Shown here: piece after piece, positions 58,786 through 64,000 of the stretch
Numbering within the stretch: the first letter of the stretch is position 1
Layout of the letters: every line of letters starts with the position of its first letter
Assembly: GCA_951406725.2 (NCBI GenBank)
Contig: OX597830.1
Coordinates: 76,694,001 to 76,758,000 of the forward strand
Length of the DNA stretch: 64,000 nt
Direction of reading: 5' to 3'
Origin: Octopus vulgaris
Lineage: Eukaryota
The notes under the pieces: generated by a model
What the model was told of the DNA's origin: nothing
Databases searched by the model: none
What the model saw: only the letters and a program-made list of their open reading frames with translations
Program-made: the position numbers and the translations under genes

Positions 58786-59120
58786 AATACTCTCAATATT
58801 GATATACTATATACACAGTGAAACTATTTATATTGACACTATATATGCGTATATACATCTGAACATATATGTGTATATACATAAATATATATATGTGTGT
58901 ATATATAGAGAGATGTATATGTATAGATGTATATCTGCAGATGTGTATGTATGTATGCGTGTAAACACTTGTATATATAGAAGATTTACATATGTATATA
59001 TGTATATATATATATATATGTATATATATGTAGGTATATTTATGTATAAATATATGTATAGATGTATATGTATCGATGTACATATATAGATTTACATGCA
59101 TATATATGCATATATGTATG

Positions 59121-59174
<54 letters not shown>

Positions 59175-59894
59175 GTATATATATATGTATATAGAAATGT
59201 ATATATGCGTGTATATGTAAATATGTCTGTAAGCACACTCAGACACACACACATATGATAGAGGGAGAGATAGGGTGAGAGAGAGTTTGTTTTGTATATA
59301 TGGACACACATATATGTGAGTGTTCTATCTTTCTGTCCGTGTGCGATATAAATATGTGAGCGCATGGTATATGCTTTCGCGTGTATTTCAGTATGTGTTT
59401 GTGCTTTTGCCTGTATATTTCTGTGCATTTCCTTGTATATATTTACAAGAACAGAATCCTACTGTCTCTTTAAACAACCCAAATGTTTGGATTCTTTTAT
59501 AAACTTAGTAAGAATAATAATGATTTCTGACCTGTTCAAAGCCACATATTCGGGATTGGGGCTAGGGTTAAGGTTACAGTTAGAACTAGGGTTGGAGTGT
59601 AGTCAATGAGATCAATTTCTAGTGGTTCACTGACGTTCAGATCTTCAACACTGAAAAAGAAAAACAAAATGAGAAAAGAAAAACAGAAAGCGATGTCTAA
59701 CCCGGTTGGATTTGAACATTGAACGTTGAATAATGGGACAATGCAATACCACTGGATTGCACAATGAAGAAAAAAATCAGCCAGCAACGTTCATGTTATT
59801 GCTAAATGCGAGTTTCTGTCTTCTTCAGCTCCGTTAGAAGTAATTATCTACTGTCAACCGTGTACTAAGACAACATCAGACACTACTATTACAA

Positions 59895-60120
59895 AGGGCG
59901 GCGAGCTGGCAGAAACGTTAGCACGCCGGGCGAAATGCCTAGCCGTATTTCGTCTGCCGTCACGTTCTGAGTTCAAATTCCGCCGAGGTCGACTTTGCCT
60001 TTCATCCTTTCGGAGTCGATAAATTAAGTAGCAGTTACGCACTGGAGTCGATGTAACCGACTTAAGCCCTTCGTTTGTCCCCTCTGTGTTTAGCCCCCTG
60101 TGGGCAATAAAGAAATAGAT
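59895..60120 (+). mobile_element. Full-length SINE family B with 13-bp TSD
   Basis: ACTACTATTACAA (59882-59894) vs ACTACTACTACAA (60121-60133). Confidence 0.9.
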
Positions 60121-60666
60121 ACTACTACTACAAGTGAAACAGGGACTGAACCATCAATGATTACATAATTATGCAGCAGGCTGAATAAACATTTATTATG
60201 GGCGCCAAAAAAATAATATTAGTACAAAATAGAAATCTCTGTATCGTTCTTTTAAAGCTGATATATCGTTCAAAGCTTTATACTGTAGTGTTGGTTTCGA
60301 GATAGCATCTCTTTTATAGATATCTCATATTGATGCATTTGTATGTTTTTTTAAAGATATACATTTTTGACAATGCAACTTGCATACGTAACATTATGGT
60401 ATTGAAATGTGGTTGACTGAATTTATTGTGAATACATATTTATAGAAATATTTCTAGCTATTTAAGTACCTGTCTACCTATCTGTCTCTCTATATATTAT
60501 GTATATATAAAAAGCTTATATGTATATACATAACTACATACATATATTTATATATAAATATACTTATACATAAATAATTATGATTATACTCAGAAATGAT
60601 ATATGCCGCGAATTAGCACGGCAGAAATAGCTCCCTCAAAGTACCAGGTGTTGAGACACCTGAAGG

Positions 60667-60708
<42 letters not shown>

Positions 60709-60709
60709 T

Positions 60710-61105
60710 CCTTACTCTTTTACTTGTTTCAGTCATTTGACTGTGGCCATGCTGGAGCACCGCCTTTAGTCGAGCAAATCGACCCCAGAACTTATTCTTT
60801 GTAAGCTTAGTACTTAGTCTATCGGTCTCTATTGCCGAACCGCTAAGTTACGGCAACGTAAACACACCAGCATCGGTTGTCAAGCGATGTTGGGGTGACA
60901 AACACAGACACACAAACATATACACACACATATATACATATATACGACGGGCTTCTTTCAGTTTCAGCCTACAAAATCCACTCACAAGGCTTTGGTTGAC
61001 CCGAGGCTATAGTAGAAGATACTTGCCCAAGGTGCCACGCGGTGGATCTGAACCCGGAACCATGTGTTTGGTAATCAAGCTACTTACCACACAGCCACTC
61101 CTACG

Positions 61106-61108
<3 letters not shown>
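60710..61108 (-). mobile_element. SINE family A, full length
   Basis: Reverse complement of the family A blocks, flanked by (TA)n. Confidence 0.9.
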
Positions 61109-61167
<59 letters not shown>

Positions 61168-61734
61168 CACACACAAATGGTTTTCTTTATTCTCCGTATT
61201 CCAAAAATAACTCGCAAAACTTTGATCAACCCTAGGCTATAGGAGAAGACACCTACTGAAGGTGCCACGCAGTGGAACTGAACCCGGTACCATGTACTCG
61301 AGAAACAAACTTTCTACCACCACCCACAGGGCTTGAAAAGTTTTTGGGAAGGGGCTAGTCGATTACAACGACGCCTATCCTCAAATGAAGCCTATTTTAC
61401 CGACCTCGAAATAACGGAAAGAAGGGCCTCCCTCGATGGATTTTGAACTCAGTAAAATAAAGCGTGTACATGCACACGTGTGAAAGAGACTCTGGCTAAG
61501 TCTGTGTAAAGTGAACTCTTGTATTCATTTCCAAAATGTCTCTCATGGAATTTCTAAAACACAGATATGATTTACAAAAGAATACTGTAATAACATATAA
61601 GTTTGTCAGAATCTATGTCTCAGACGTCTAAGTAATATTCTTTGATGAAAACATCTACAAGTATTTGTAAATTGCAAAACGTCTAGCCAACATTAAGGTT
61701 TGTTGTTTATGGCATACTTCATACACACACACAC

Positions 61735-61774
<40 letters not shown>

Positions 61775-62342
61775 CACACACACACACGCACACACGCACA
61801 CACGTTTGTATTATGCACATATATATGTATGAATATATATATATATATACACACATACATATACATATATATACATAAATACACACATATATATTTATGT
61901 ATATGTATATATATATCTATCTATCAGTATATTTAAGTGTATGAATTTGTATGAATATATATATATATTATATCATATATATACATATATACAGAGAGAG
62001 AGAATTTGAGTGAGGGAGATCAAAAACAGTAAGAGAACAAGATAAAAAAAACAGATAGGCAAATAGATAGAAACAAAAATAGATACTTAAGCAGATGGCT
62101 AGATATATAAATCGATTCCTAAGATATAGAGTGAAAAGGACATAGCGAGAGATAATATATAGGTGTGTCTTAGTACACAACTGAAATCTTATACTTTACC
62201 TAAATCAAAACATTGTTTCTATGCAAATTATTGTTGTCTTCCACATTATTTCTTCACATGAATTATTTTGGTTCGCTTCTTTTTGGGATTTGAGTGCAGG
62301 ACTTTTTTGATTTATGTATCTATGCATAGCGTCTTTCGTCCA

Positions 62343-62407
62343 AATAACCGATGAAAAATGCCTCGAAGATTTTATTAGATCCGGCATTTGAGACTCTGAG
62401 TTCTGTT
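62343..62407 (+). ncRNA. Decayed hammerhead motif with CCGAUGA core
   Basis: AAUAA-CCGAUGA-A-AAAUGCC...GGCAUUU-GAGAC-UCUGA-GUU^CUGUU. Stem III ACUCUGAGUU identical to 33069-33078; (TA)n 22 nt downstream. Confidence 0.6.
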
Positions 62408-62426
62408 ATGACAACTTACTGATTGT

Positions 62427-62495
<69 letters not shown>

Positions 62496-62541
62496 ATATA
62501 TATATATATATATATATGTATGAATATATATATATGTAGTG

Positions 62542-62631
<90 letters not shown>

Positions 62632-62686
62632 TATTTATACATATATATATATATACATATATACATGTATATATATATGTATATAT

Positions 62687-63410
62687 ATAGCTGGGCCACT
62701 CATATAAACACCAAAGTTGACATGGCCCGCAGAATGTGTTCCTGGATTCTCAGAACTTTCCAGTCGAGAGATATCCACACCATTATCCTTCTCTTCTCCA
62801 CTTTTGCCCGACCCCACCTTGAATACTGTTGTCCACTGTGGTCTCCCCACACAATACAAGGTATCATAAAAGTTGAAGCACCTCAAAGGGCAATCACAAA
62901 AAAGATAGATGGCATGACAGGCCTCGACTATTGGGGTCGGCTAGAAAAGCTAAAACTCTATTCTCTCCAACGTCGTCGTGAGCGCTACATCATCTGCATG
63001 ATGTGGAAAATATTCCATCAGCATTGCCCAAATGATGTTGGCATCACCTTTAAGGTACATCCAAGGCTTGGGCCCCGTGCCATCCGCCCAAAACAAAAAT
63101 CGCACTCTCATCTCATAACAACAATACGGCACAATTATTTCACCTCAATTGGCCCCGCTCTCTTTAACATTACACCAAAACACATTAAAACAGAAACTGA
63201 CCCTATAGGGTTCAAGAAGTCTTTGGACAGATTCCTTCAAGAAATCCCGGATAAACCCCCTACACCCGGATATGTCTCTGTAAACAATAACTCTCTACTT
63301 GAGTGGGCCATAGTGCCCAAATTCTGACTTGAAAGACTTCACCAGGTGGTGCTATTAAGTTAGACATGGCTCCAATAATGGCCGAAACCTATCAAAGTAT
63401 CAAAGTAAAG
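62687..63410 (+). mobile_element. 5'-truncated CR1/L2-group LINE, ORF2 C-terminus still open to stop at 63327
   Basis: SWATHI...WILRTF...[13 protein letters not shown]...VEAPQR...[19 protein letters not shown]...[14 protein letters not shown]; (TATCAAAG)n tail; inserted in (TA)n. Confidence 0.9.
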
Positions 63411-63424
63411 TATATATATATATG

Positions 63425-63456
<32 letters not shown>

Positions 63457-63572
63457 TATAAATAGATATATACATATATACATAAACGCATACACACATA
63501 TGTGTATATATGTATGCATATATATATATATATATATAAATATACATATAATTATATATATGCATGTATATA

Positions 63573-63629
<57 letters not shown>

Positions 63630-63785
63630 AAATAAATATAAGAGAGTGGTCACTATATTGCTCACTCTAGCACCAGTTAATCCAAAAGGTTTCAACCACG
63701 AAAATACATGCTTACCATGAAAGTCAGTACGATTGTTAGCTCACACGGACAGGGCAAATAAAAAATAACAAAAATACAGATTATT

Positions 63786-63866
63786 TTGGGACAATTGTTT
63801 CGCTATTAATGAATTAAATGTAATTTTACTTACAAAAAAAAAATCCATTTGTAGCTCGTCAGCCAA
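63786..63866 (-). ncRNA. Type I hammerhead ribozyme, fully canonical
   Basis: Minus: UUGG-CUGACGA-GCUA...UAGC-GAAAC-AAUU-GUC^CCAA. G10.1-C11.1 pair, GUC triplet, palindromic ACAAUUGU as at 781-856. Confidence 0.85.
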
Positions 63867-64000
63867 GACTATCTGGATGAAATCCACTCAATCACACGCC
63901 AGATATTACCATAACGATAAATACGCGTGTGGTTCAATTGATTACATCCGACGTTATAATTCAAATGCCCCAACCAACAGCGCGCCAAACTTTCACGGAA

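Noticed and set aside
59545-59600. Interstitial telomere
   Set aside because: Only a few degenerate TTAGGG-like units.
59805-59836. Minus CUGAAGA-AGACA-GAAAC
   Set aside because: No stem II or stem I pairing; likely chance.

Overview
Animal, AT-rich, intergenic or intronic window with no host protein-coding gene I can support. Almost all six-frame ORFs are translations of microsatellites. The SINE repertoire and extreme (TA)n/(CA)n/(TATC)n/(TACA)n/(TAA)n density look like an Octopus (coleoid cephalopod) genome; this assignment is inference. The window holds many copies of three tRNA-derived SINE families, decayed R4/Dong-type, RTE and CR1/L2-type LINEs, non-autonomous Helitrons, hAT MITEs and a mariner remnant. 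The main unexplained signal is RNA structure. Reading by eye finds about 12 dispersed type I hammerhead ribozyme motifs (stem I - CUGANGA - stem II - GAAA - short, mostly palindromic stem III - NUH - stem I). They fall into several families, and nearly all sit in short ORF-less segments ending in a (TA)n/(TG)n tract, consistent with Penelope-like-element-derived or retrozyme-like units. Some carry recurrent non-canonical cores (CCGAUGA, CUGUNGA). There is also an HDV-like ribozyme candidate at the exact 5' end of an RTE-derived element, and several fold-back inverted repeats of different ages. Coordinates of decayed elements are approximate, and no alignment or folding software was run.
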